Virus record (IMG/VR): IMGVR_UViG_3300034149_000053
Span: 1-35,261 of that record
DNA from: a virus
Lineage: Duplodnaviria; Caudoviricetes
Reading direction: 5' to 3' (one strand)
Length of the DNA: 35,261 nucleotides
Shown here piece after piece: positions 17,672-26,787 of this stretch. The position numbers were made by a program, and so were the translations under genes. Under the pieces are notes generated by a model. It was not told the DNA's origin. It ran no database searches and worked only from the letters and a program-made list of their open reading frames with translations. Numbering within the stretch: position 1 is the stretch's first letter; the number at the start of each line of letters is the position of its first letter.

Positions 17672-18449
17672 AGCTATGCGCTCCCTCGCGTTCCATCACT
17701 GATACTGACACTTTTGCCACTCTTCGACGGTTATACAGCCCGTCGTCTCGTAGCTTCTTACTGATAACTGCCGTAGCGTGCTGGTGTGCCTCGGCTTCGC
17801 CGCCCCACTGTGGCACAGACACCATTCGAAGAATCGTCTTCCCATCCCGTTTCATCCACGTCCAGCCCTTGATCCCATTATCCACCAGTGTCTGATGGAC
17901 ATGCTCACGAGTAGTTGGTGTAACCCCACCTTCAAATGACAACTCGACCGCTGGTTGACAGTCTTCGCCTTCACACTTGTTCAGAATCAACACGGCATCC
18001 TGATTGAACAACTTAGCCGTCCGTGCCACGAGCTTGCGGGCCTCACCGTTCCCTCGGTAGTAGATCTGCCACATGGACTCTGATCCACCTTCCCAACCGC
18101 CCACCCCGGGCTTCACCGAGACACGCGACACCCCGGGCAGAGCCTCTAGTTGGGCGTGAAACTCCCGCATGTGCTGGAAAACTTCTTTGTTAGCTTGATG
18201 TCCCGGCTCTCCGGCAGGCCGCTGGCTGGTCATCGCCACCCGGGTAAACTGACCCTCTTGGTCCCGGGGGTGCTTTTGCTCGTCCCATTTTACCACAGGT
18301 TCTGACAACACGGTAAAAAAGGCCGAACTACCGTTGTCAAACAGCACTCGCGCCATCGTGGCCTGCTCCGGGGGGACCGGATGCCACTTGTTGTCTAGGT
18401 AGACAACGGTTCCCGACTTCCCGTTAATCGTGATGGGCTCGGGGATCAT
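17649..18449 (-). CDS. Hypothetical head-region protein carrying the recurring peptide
   Basis: Start MIPEP at 18449 (ATGA overlap); contains KWDEQKHPRDQEGQF. Confidence 0.7.
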   Translation of the reverse strand: MIPEPITINGKSGTVVYLDNKWHPVPPEQATMARVLFDNGSSAFFTVLSEPVVKWDEQKHPRDQEGQFTRVAMTSQRPAGEPGHQANKEVFQHMREFHAQLEALPGVSRVSVKPGVGGWEGGSESMWQIYYRGNGEARKLVARTAKLFNQDAVLILNKCEGEDCQPAVELSFEGGVTPTTREHVHQTLVDNGIKGWTWMKRDGKTILRMVSVPQWGGEAEAHQHATAVISKKLRDDGLYNRRRVAKVSVSVMEREGAHSYDSIIGS

Positions 18450-20536
18450 GCGCGTGCCCGCTGTTGCTTCCCGTACCAGTAGTGCATAGCCTGTGTCAGC
18501 TTCACCCACGGAGACAACGGCTGGGGCGCTTGATCGGGAAGATGCCACGAGCTTGGGTAGGTAATATACCGCGTCACTTCCGCAATCGTTTCGTTAATGG
18601 CTATCTCGTAGGTGCCTCTGCCTCTGATCGCAATCGCTTCTTTCGCCCAATACGACTTGGCATACTGGCTATGCCCATTCTCGTTCACCATACGTTCGGA
18701 AATGCCGGAGAAGATTTCGCCATCGGACATCTGAGCGAGGACCGCAGACGCCGGGAATTCCCTCACCATCTCAACCCAGTATTCGGGCTTCAACTTTCTC
18801 ATCCAATTCGTTGCGGCTCCTTTATCAAACCGTTCATGAAACCAATCGGTATACTTGTCACTATCGTGCGGGTCAATCGCTTTGGTAAGGTACCGTTGAA
18901 ACTCCGCATCCGCTTCTTTTTTCAACGTGTGATAAATGGCGTGCGAGATCTCATGGGCCACGATGCCCTTCACCCCGGGTGCATTACCATAGTGGATATT
19001 GCCCGCGTTTAGTTCAATCCGTCCCGTGCTCGGCGTGTAATGACCCGCCTCGGTGAAGCGTTTCTCCCCTACAATAAATTCTTCTGCGTCCTTATACACC
19101 ACATCGATAATCGACGGATCAATCTTCAGGTGCTTGGCCACCTGTGTGGCGAGGTTCGTCACCACTTCCTTCGCCATCGCTGGTTGCTGGGCCTTCAGGT
19201 CGATTTCCGCCTGATTCATGGCCTTCGCGGCGGCTGTGCGCTTGTCGAGAGAGACATAGTATTCCGGAGAGGTATACAGCTTGGTTTCCAGTGCGGCCAT
19301 GGCGTCCATATCCGCGCCCGTGTCCGCGAGATCCAATAGCTGCTTATCAAAGCCTTCGATATACTTGCGGTGCTCCTCTTTGGCGTCCATGTAGAGATCG
19401 GTCACCTCCATGAGGGTGTCATTGAGCTTGACCCACTTGGCACGTTCAGGGCCACCTCCTCCTTCCAGCTTCAGTTCAGTGAGGTTGCTCTCGATTCGTC
19501 GCTTGATCTCTCCACTGGATGCGAACTGCCCTTCCTTGTCACGGGGATGCTTGGCTTCTTCCCACTTCGTGATACGTGGATCGTTCGGATCAAACGTCCC
19601 TCGATTACCGATGGCTGATTTGATCTGCTTTGGATCGAAGACCACATAGATGTTTCCCTCCCACGGGAAGGGAGTATAGTATTTCTCGTCTGAGAAATTT
19701 CGGAAAATCACCCCATCATGGCCCTTCGCCCGGGCGAGTCGGATAGCCCATCCCCGCACTTGATCGACATGAATAGGCATCCCTTTTTCTTTTTCTTTGA
19801 TGCCTCTCCTAATTTCTGGGTCTTCTGAATCCACAATCAGCGGGTTCTCCATCTTGAGGAAAACAGGAATAGCTCTGGGCCGCTCATCACGACGCCCAGA
19901 CATATAATCCCCAACCACAGCCTTGTCCGCAAAATAGATCCCGTCTTTCCGTGGAGATTCTTCAAACGCTTCAAAATCTTCCCTCGTCACGGTGCCGTGA
20001 TACACCACTTCCGGACGTCCTTGCTCATCCACCACCTTCGAATTACCAAACCACGCCTTAAATGCAGCAGTTCCTGTCTGTGACCAGCGACCTTTCTCAT
20101 CACGAAGTTGACTAGGATCAAACTTTAGGGCCTTGGTCTTCGCTTCGTCTTCTGCAATCAATTGCAAAGCTTCGGCCTGCACCTGTGCCGTAGCCGATAG
20201 CTCCAAGTATTGGAGCATATTGTTCGTAACTTGCTTCAGGAAAGTATCGAACGTACCAATACCAACGAAACTCGGCTTCCCCTTCTTGACCGTGCTGGCA
20301 CCAAACACCGCACACGAGAGGAGCATGTACTGAATCCACTCACGGTTCTCGGTGCCCACCTCGGTCATGTCGAGATCGGGCACCAGACGGCGAGCTTCAT
20401 TCCAGTTGTGATCGAGACAGGCTTGGGTAATCTTGGCGTACAGCGGGGCAGACTGCTGCTGCCATGACCGTTGGAGACGACGGGCAAAGGCCCGCTCCAA
20501 CAGCAGATAAGTCCGAAGGTCTATCGTCTTCGCCAT
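18446..20536 (-). CDS. Polyvalent protein: helical N-terminus, ART-PolyVal-like ADP-ribosyltransferase, zincin-like metallopeptidase
   Basis: AFKAWFGNSKVVDEQGRPEVVYHGT...GIYFA...LKMENPL...GHDGVIF...VVFDPKQIKSAIGNRGTFDPNDPRI; AHEISH (HExxH) with downstream NETIAE; two copies of the recurring peptide. Confidence 0.8.
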   Translation of the reverse strand: MAKTIDLRTYLLLERAFARRLQRSWQQQSAPLYAKITQACLDHNWNEARRLVPDLDMTEVGTENREWIQYMLLSCAVFGASTVKKGKPSFVGIGTFDTFLKQVTNNMLQYLELSATAQVQAEALQLIAEDEAKTKALKFDPSQLRDEKGRWSQTGTAAFKAWFGNSKVVDEQGRPEVVYHGTVTREDFEAFEESPRKDGIYFADKAVVGDYMSGRRDERPRAIPVFLKMENPLIVDSEDPEIRRGIKEKEKGMPIHVDQVRGWAIRLARAKGHDGVIFRNFSDEKYYTPFPWEGNIYVVFDPKQIKSAIGNRGTFDPNDPRITKWEEAKHPRDKEGQFASSGEIKRRIESNLTELKLEGGGGPERAKWVKLNDTLMEVTDLYMDAKEEHRKYIEGFDKQLLDLADTGADMDAMAALETKLYTSPEYYVSLDKRTAAAKAMNQAEIDLKAQQPAMAKEVVTNLATQVAKHLKIDPSIIDVVYKDAEEFIVGEKRFTEAGHYTPSTGRIELNAGNIHYGNAPGVKGIVAHEISHAIYHTLKKEADAEFQRYLTKAIDPHDSDKYTDWFHERFDKGAATNWMRKLKPEYWVEMVREFPASAVLAQMSDGEIFSGISERMVNENGHSQYAKSYWAKEAIAIRGRGTYEIAINETIAEVTRYITYPSSWHLPDQAPQPLSPWVKLTQAMHYWYGKQQRARA

Positions 20537-20886
20537 TAGCCCACGGGTGGGGGTTTGGTGGGTTCCTGTTTGCCTTCGTCCAGTTCACCCTTGGGGGGTG
20601 TGGACGTAGACTCCACCAGACGGAAGTCATCCGCTTGGAACGTGGCTTCGCCGTTTGGATTCGCCACCACCAAACCCCGCTGCTCTAGTGGCTGGTAGCC
20701 CTTCTCATGGGCCTCTACGACCAACAGCCCGCCTTGGGTGGGGCTATTCGGGGGGATCTGGAAGTGATAGCCGTTCGGACGTCCGTGGGCTCCGACAGGG
20801 CCGTAACCAATGACCGTCAGGCCATCATCCAGCCGTAGCTGGGCATTGACGTTCTTGGGGGTGAAGTAGAGGTACAGTTCATTCAT
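20536..20886 (-). CDS. Hypothetical protein
   Basis: Start MNELYLYF at 20886 with GGAG RBS; stop overlaps the next start. Confidence 0.6.
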   Translation of the reverse strand: MNELYLYFTPKNVNAQLRLDDGLTVIGYGPVGAHGRPNGYHFQIPPNSPTQGGLLVVEAHEKGYQPLEQRGLVVANPNGEATFQADDFRLVESTSTPPKGELDEGKQEPTKPPPVG

Positions 20887-20962
20887 TTGTTCTTCTCCCG
20901 AATTTCCCACAGCGCCCACCACAACAACAAAACAAGACCAACAATTGCCCCAATACCGTAGA

Positions 20963-22849
20963 TCATGGTCGTGTCGCTGCAATGATCGTGGACAAGTCCG
21001 CGTCATCGGAACCGAACATATGGATCGCTAACAGGCTGTTGAACGCTCGGGCATCATCGGGGTGCAGCGTCTCAATCTCTTGGTTGATCTCTGCGGCCCG
21101 CTCAGCCGTCAGTTCCTGCTTGATGGCTAAGGACGGCAAGAGGCCCTGATACGCGGCGTAGTCCTGCACCAGTGTCAGCAACTCGGACGCGGCCTTGCGC
21201 TCTCGTGGCTTGGCCTTGATGGTCTGCCCCGGTTTGGGCTTGGGATGCATCTCGTCTCCCGGCTTGAGGACCACATGCGTCTCCTCTTTCTCCGGCTCTG
21301 GGGGCGGCTCGGGCTTCACCCCCGGCTTCACTTCGGCCATGGCCGCTGGGAGCTTCCCTGAGTCCATCTCGTCAGCCGTAGGCGTATTCTTCAGCGGCAC
21401 GTTGCCCGGTCCCACACCCTGTGCCGGGACTTCCGCCATCTCCAAGGCCATGTTGCCCACCGTGTTCATTTCCTTCAGGAAACTCTCACGAGTCGCGACC
21501 GTCATCGATAGCTCAAGGCCCTTCAACTGGGTCGTCACATCCTTCAGGGTGATCGGCTTCGACTTGTACTTGAGCGTCTTGAGTTTCAGTTCTTTGATGA
21601 TGGTCTTGTTCATCACCTCATCAAATTCAGTGCGCTCGGGAAGAAACACCTGAGCCTCGGCCACCATATAACTGGTCTGGGCTGTGGCAAAGTTATAATC
21701 AACGGCCTTGCCGAGAAACAGGGGCGGCAGACGAAACCCGATCCGGACGTGCTCCTCCGTCGATTCATCGTACTGGGTGAACATCGCATCTTGCGACTGG
21801 GCCGAACCAAACCGTTCGACCTTGACGTCCACCTTGCCTGCGGCATCAAGTGAACCACTGGATGATTGGACTTCAACGACTACTGCACGGTTCTTGTTCT
21901 TGTTCAGGCCGGAGAGATACATCCGTAACTGGTCGCTCGTGTCCTTGATCAGCGTGCCACCTTGAATGAACACAATCGCGGGTGGCAGTCCACCGGCATC
22001 CAAGAATTGCAGGTTCTGTTCCTCAGCGGCTCGGGAGCCCACCACGGACGGTAACTGATTGATCCACCGGGGCAAGAAGTACGGGGTAGTCACATCCGGA
22101 TTGATGCCGAAGATTAGTAGCTCGGACCCTCGCTTCTCCGGGGGTACTTTCAGGTCATCTGACTCCCAATCCCCGGTATCTCGGTTCACTTCTCGCGACG
22201 TGCCAAACTCCCGGTAGTACACTTGCTGCTTCAGGGCCACCGTCTGGGCGAATCGTCGCTCTCGCTCCCACAACGTCAACTCAACTTCCTTGCCATCCCG
22301 CTCAATCTTCTTCTTCACTTGGATGGGCATATCCAACTTCACCATCCGGATGTGCGCCGTCTCCACGCTCCGCAGACCCACCACGTCACCTTTGATGTTC
22401 CGAAGGACTTCCACGAACCCATACCCCACCGACTCCATCTGACGCCGGAGGCGACGACGGATAGACGTCATGGAGACATTAGGATAAGGCTCATCGAAAA
22501 AGGCTTTGGCGATCTTCTCTTCTTCCTTGTCGATATCTTTATCCTCATCCACCGGGACAAACTCATGCCCGGTACCATCGATGTTCACTTCCATCGCTTC
22601 GATGCACTGGTTGAGGATGTTGTTGGTCTGGACCAAATTGAGGAGGATGTTCGGTTCGAACGGCGGCATCAGGAACAGATTGTTCTGCTGCCCCACCGAG
22701 AAGTACAGGCTGGACCACTCGTCTTCTAATTCAACCGCCGAGTGTGCCATGACCAACCACGTTTCATTCTTGATGACTTTCTGAATGAACGTGATCTTCG
22801 ACTCGGGCCGCTCGGGTTTGGTGGTGCCACCGTCAAGCAGTTTCAGCAT
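20963..22849 (-). CDS. Portal protein (PBSX-like family)
   Basis: PPFEP..L..L...N.IL..CIEAMEVNIDGTG; GYGFVEVLRN; YFLPRW; FLDAGGLPPAIVFIQGG; QDAMF..Y; FRLPPLFLG...DYNFATA. Start at 22849 with AAGGA RBS. Confidence 0.9.
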   Translation of the reverse strand: MLKLLDGGTTKPERPESKITFIQKVIKNETWLVMAHSAVELEDEWSSLYFSVGQQNNLFLMPPFEPNILLNLVQTNNILNQCIEAMEVNIDGTGHEFVPVDEDKDIDKEEEKIAKAFFDEPYPNVSMTSIRRRLRRQMESVGYGFVEVLRNIKGDVVGLRSVETAHIRMVKLDMPIQVKKKIERDGKEVELTLWERERRFAQTVALKQQVYYREFGTSREVNRDTGDWESDDLKVPPEKRGSELLIFGINPDVTTPYFLPRWINQLPSVVGSRAAEEQNLQFLDAGGLPPAIVFIQGGTLIKDTSDQLRMYLSGLNKNKNRAVVVEVQSSSGSLDAAGKVDVKVERFGSAQSQDAMFTQYDESTEEHVRIGFRLPPLFLGKAVDYNFATAQTSYMVAEAQVFLPERTEFDEVMNKTIIKELKLKTLKYKSKPITLKDVTTQLKGLELSMTVATRESFLKEMNTVGNMALEMAEVPAQGVGPGNVPLKNTPTADEMDSGKLPAAMAEVKPGVKPEPPPEPEKEETHVVLKPGDEMHPKPKPGQTIKAKPRERKAASELLTLVQDYAAYQGLLPSLAIKQELTAERAAEINQEIETLHPDDARAFNSLLAIHMFGSDDADLSTIIAATRP

Positions 22850-22943
22850 ACCGTTCCTTGACAAAGGAGGAGTCTGGCAGGTTCTGAATGGTGACCAGTG
22901 TACGGATCTTTGCACTCAATTGCAAACAAATTTTCAAGGGTCA

Positions 22944-22980
22944 ACAAAGGAAAAGGCCGGAATCTACTCCCGGCCTTTCC
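22944..22980 (-). terminator. Rho-independent terminator closing the Tas + array transcript
   Basis: Minus strand AAAGGCCGGGA-GTAGA-TTCCGGCCTTT followed by TCCTTTGTT, a few bases after the last array unit. Confidence 0.75.
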
Positions 22981-22985
22981 TGACA

Positions 22986-25208
22986 AACTCACTCTCATGG
23001 ATGGAAACATTCGCAGGAGATGGTTCGCGCCATTCTATCGGGACTCTCTGAGAACTGCGGCTCGTTCACACTCAGCGGTACCCTCGTATTACTCGACTCA
23101 CTGCCTGAACACGGTACGTTCTCGTGGAACGGTTCATTCGAAGAAGACGATACTCTCAAGGGGACCGACTCACTCAGGCCGTTCGTGACTCTCCTCGTTC
23201 TCTTGGATCACTCGTCACGGTTCGCTACGAGCCAGCGGTTCTCTCCCTGTGTACGGCTCGCTATGCAGCTATGGTACTCGCATGATGCGCGGCTCGCTCT
23301 TGGCAAGCGGTTCTCTCGTGGATTTCGACTCACTCACCTTACTCGGTGCCACACTTGCTTCTGGATTCACTCTCATCCTTCGGAACACCTCAAGACCGCT
23401 GGTTTCACTCGGACACTACAAGACGTTCATCATTCGTGGTTCCACCACTCTTCATCTCACGGTGCAGACGACCCCTCTCGGTTCGCTACCCACACTCGGA
23501 ACACTCTCCACTACAGGCTCACTCTCCATTCAACGGTGCGCTCCACCTTCTAGGTTCGTTCCACATCTAACGGTACGCTTCTGCCTTCTCGACTCGCACC
23601 CGAAGTCCGATCCCCTCTGAGATACGGGCTCGCTCAGGACACTCGATACAGTCTTACAACGCGGCTCACTCGCATCCCACGATACGTTCGTCGCTTGTTG
23701 GCTCGTTCTCGCTTCTCGATGCCCTCTGATAACCTGACTCGTTCTCGTCCCTCGATACTCACGTTGGCGGTGACTCGCTCCCACCAGATGGTACGCTCCA
23801 CTGGATGTGGCTCACTCAATCACATCGATACTGTTCTTGATCCCGGTTCGTCCGACAATCGGCACCCTCTCCTCACGCGACTCGTTCATGGTGCTCGGTA
23901 CTGTCTGGCTCTGTGACTCATTCAGAGAGCACGGTACTCACCTTGACGTAGATTCGCTCCCTACCTTCGATACCTTCGTTGACAGTGACTCACTCCCGAC
24001 CCTCGGTGCTCTTCTTTGACACGGCTCGCTCACCAGTCTCGATACCCTCTTAGTCATAGGACTCGCGCAGTCATCACGAGACGTTCTTCAAGAGTCGGCT
24101 CACTCTAGTGCTGCGATGCTATCCTCGTAGTTGGTTCGTTCGTCATCTGCGGTACACACGGAGTATACGACTCGTTCATCAGGTACGGCACGTTCCAAAT
24201 ACGTGACTCGCTCTCATCTATCGGTTCTATCCCTTTCGTGGGCTCGCTTCGACATCTCGGTACTTAGCTTGTGTTTCGGCTCGCTCCCTGCATCCGGTTC
24301 ACTCACCGGTCTGGCTCACTCCATGTCTACGAGACAATCTCTATGGTCGGTTCACTCTACTCTCTCGTGACGATCTACTCCGGGTTCACTCATACGAGAG
24401 GATAACCTCTTGTGGGTCGGCTCACTCGGCGGGGTCGGTACATCTCAGGCGGGATGGTTCGCTCCACTCATTCGGTGCCTGCATGTAACACGGCTCACTC
24501 CAACAATACGTTGCGCTCAGTTAACGTGGTTCGTTCCCTCAATACGGTACGCTCTCACTGCTAACGACTCACACCAGTGACTTGAGACTATCGAGATCTC
24601 CGGTTCGCTGCCCAGTTGGTACACTCGATTCTTCGGCTCACTCGCCATTTACGACACGTTCTTCTGCGGAGGATCACTCGCAATCCGAGATACTTTCTGG
24701 TACTTCGGTTCGTGCAGGAATCACGGTACGTTCTGGTAAATAAACTCACTCACAACCCACGGCACCCTCTTCGTGTGAGGTTCACTCGTTCATCCCGGCA
24801 CTCTCCTCAAGGCGGGTTCACTCCTCGTATAGGACGCTCTCGCTGTCCTTGGTTCCCGTAACCCCTCATCTTCCTTGGTTCGTTCGCATGTCCCGGTACG
24901 ATTCTTTACTCACGACTCGTTCATCTGGTTCGGTACGCTCCGAGTTGGAAACTCACTCCGCTATCATGGCACTCTTAACCTCAGCGGCTCGCTCACGGAT
25001 CACGATACGTTTTCGGTGGGTGGCTCGTTCGTTCGTTCCGGTGCTCTCATGGCCATTGACTCGCTCAACGCCATCGATACGCTCGATCTGGCTGGCTCAC
25101 TCTCATCTCCTCCCGGTACTCTTCCGGTCTACGGCTCACTCAGTCGTCTCGATACGATCTCGCTAGTTGGCTCACTCAACCCACTCGATACGGTCGAAAC
25201 TCCCGGTT
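22986..25208 (-). repeat. TIGR (tandem interspaced guide RNA)-type array, ~60 units of 36 nt
   Basis: Minus-strand unit: ARYCR-N9-ANNGYAYCG-N9-AGYG. Examples: AGCCA ACTAGCGAG ATCGTATCG AGACGACTG AGTG; AGCCA GCCAGATCG AGCGTATCG ATGGCGTTG AGCG; AGTCA ATGGCCATG AGAGCACCG GAACGAACG AACG; AGCCA CCCACCGAA AACGTATCG TGATCCGTG AGCG. Starts at the stop codon of the Nop-domain gene. Confidence 0.9.
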
Positions 25209-26148
25209 ACTTCTTTTTCACATCACCAAAAGGCCACAGAGGTACCTGAATCATGTGCGCGTGGCCCAGATGTTCCAACACGTAGGGCTTCGGCGGCATC
25301 TCCCCATACCGATGGTAGAACGCCACCGTATGCCAGTGGGAGAGGAAAATCTTGACCGCGTATCGCTGCGCTCGGAGGTGGATACGTGCCTGCGGCAACA
25401 GACCTTCCTCGTATGCGGCCTTGGTCTTGGTGTCCCGTCGCCAGTTCTTCTGGGTGAGAGCCGCTGCGGCCTGATCCGCGAAGTCGTGGTTGGCGTTCTT
25501 GGCTTCTTCCTGTGCCTTGCGGGCCACATAGAGCTTGCCGTAGAAATCATCCTTGTGGGACTGCTGCTTGGTGAAGCTCTCCCCGATGATCCAGCACAGA
25601 CGCTTCAGGGCTCCGTTCCACGGGCGCTTCTGGCCTTCCTTCCACTGCACCGTGGGATCGAGTCCTGCAAACCGCCAGATGTGGCCCACCGTAGCAATCT
25701 GCTGCCGCTGGCACTCAGGGCCATGAGGCTCCTTCTCCGTGCATGCCTTCTTCACCTTGGCATCGTAGAACGGGGATCCGACCTTCACCTGTTGACAGCG
25801 CCACGGCTCCATGTCGATATGCGCCAACAGACCGGCTGAGATGACCGGGCCGATGCCTACGATGGATTCCGCCCACTTCCCCACCGGGTGACTCTTGCTG
25901 TACGTCCCAAGAGCACTCTTGATGTTGCGCTCCAACGTCGCCGTGTTCTCCGAGAACCACCCCAACAAGGCATTGGGTTCTCCGGCCTCTGCCAGCGTAC
26001 GCCCCTGATGATCCGCCCGAATGCGGTCCCGCTGCATGATGTAATAGGCGTCCACGAGAAACCGGGCTTCCGTCGCCGTCAGCGTGGCTGCGGCCTTCTT
26101 CAAATCACGATTCAATCGTTGAATCGGTTCCAACTGTTCGTCGTCCAT
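25207..26148 (-). CDS. tasA: TIGR-associated Nop-domain protein without nuclease domain (TasA-like)
   Basis: 313 aa from MDDEQ (AAGGAGG RBS). Coiled coil, then SIVGIGPVISAGLLAHI, IWRFAGLDP, WNGALK, FYGKLY, HLRAQRYAVKIFLSHW, matching the IS110 C-terminal/Nop fold. No DEDD RuvC or HNH motif. Adjacent to the 36-nt array. Confidence 0.85.
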   Translation of the reverse strand: MDDEQLEPIQRLNRDLKKAAATLTATEARFLVDAYYIMQRDRIRADHQGRTLAEAGEPNALLGWFSENTATLERNIKSALGTYSKSHPVGKWAESIVGIGPVISAGLLAHIDMEPWRCQQVKVGSPFYDAKVKKACTEKEPHGPECQRQQIATVGHIWRFAGLDPTVQWKEGQKRPWNGALKRLCWIIGESFTKQQSHKDDFYGKLYVARKAQEEAKNANHDFADQAAAALTQKNWRRDTKTKAAYEEGLLPQARIHLRAQRYAVKIFLSHWHTVAFYHRYGEMPPKPYVLEHLGHAHMIQVPLWPFGDVKKK

Positions 26149-26253
26149 CTCTCCTCCTTGAGAATACCGAATCTCTACTCTACCACAGGATCTACGTCGT
26201 TCGGCCACGGTGTCGTCCCGTAGGGCTCCACCCGCTCCACATACTCTATCGGC

Positions 26254-26496
26254 TCACGCTTCGGCTTCCGTGGCACCCGTGAGGTTTTTTCCTTTCGCTT
26301 CATCCCTCTTCTCTCCTCCCCATTGCTGGGTAAACAAGTCTTCATGAATCTCGCCATACATTCTCGCGGCTTCGGTCAACGTCCGTCGTGTGGGCTCGGC
26401 ATGATTGGTGAGTGTCGAGTGTCCATGGACGTTCTTCGATTCCACCGAGATCTTGACGACATAGTTCTTGGATTCAAACTGTCGCTCAATTTTCAT
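26254..26496 (-). CDS. Hypothetical protein (80 aa)
   Basis: Start MKIERQ with GGAGG RBS; ATGA overlap with the upstream stop. Confidence 0.6.
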   Translation of the reverse strand: MKIERQFESKNYVVKISVESKNVHGHSTLTNHAEPTRRTLTEAARMYGEIHEDLFTQQWGGEKRDEAKGKNLTGATEAEA

Positions 26497-26654
26497 TGCT
26501 CCTCCCACACCCCACCAAAAGGTAACAGGAACACGTCTTTCTGAGCATCAGTGTAACTGCCGGACATATCTTTCCACGTCCACCCAAATTCCTCCGACCA
26601 GTATTTGGGCTGGCCCCGAAGATCAACCTCTTTCAGGCTTCGGATCTTCCACAC
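26493..26654 (-). CDS. Small Trp-rich hypothetical protein (53 aa)
   Basis: Hand-translated MWKIRSLKEVDLRGQPKYWSEEFGWTWKDMSGSYTDAQKDVFLLPFGGVWEEQ; GTG start, AAGGAG RBS. Confidence 0.6.
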   Translation of the reverse strand: MWKIRSLKEVDLRGQPKYWSEEFGWTWKDMSGSYTDAQKDVFLLPFGGVWEEQ

Positions 26655-26787
26655 GGGCGTTCTCCTTGCACTTGATTGCAGGCAGGATCAACCGTCTTGT
26701 ATGCGCGTACTGAACGGTCTGGGTCTTCGGAGGATTACCGAGTGTCAACCGACCAGTATGAGCGTATTGAATAGTCTGCTGGCTCAT
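26623..26787 (-). CDS. Small hypothetical protein (54 aa) with an internal duplication
   Basis: Hand-translated MSQQTIQYAHTGRLTLGNPPKTQTVQYAHTRRLILPAIKC...; ATGA overlap with the upstream stop. Confidence 0.5.
   Translation of the reverse strand: MSQQTIQYAHTGRLTLGNPPKTQTVQYAHTRRLILPAIKCKENARVEDPKPERG

Noticed and set aside
22986-25208. CRISPR array
   Set aside because: Repeats are ~9 nt, of two alternating types and degenerate; spacers are ~9 nt; no cas genes are present.
22898-25249. Short ORFs across the array on both strands
   Set aside because: Ser/Arg/Thr/Leu-rich translations with 12-aa periodicity, no RBS, mutually overlapping; by-products of the 36-nt repeat.
25207-26208. IS110 transposase / insertion sequence
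   Set aside because: No N-terminal DEDD RuvC domain and no catalytic SG after AGLxP; the adjacent dual-spacer array explains the gene better.
26165-26290. Further array units upstream of tasA
   Set aside because: A few repeat-like words (GGCTCACGC, TGGCACCCG) but no consistent 36-nt phase; could be a decayed unit or leader, not supportable.
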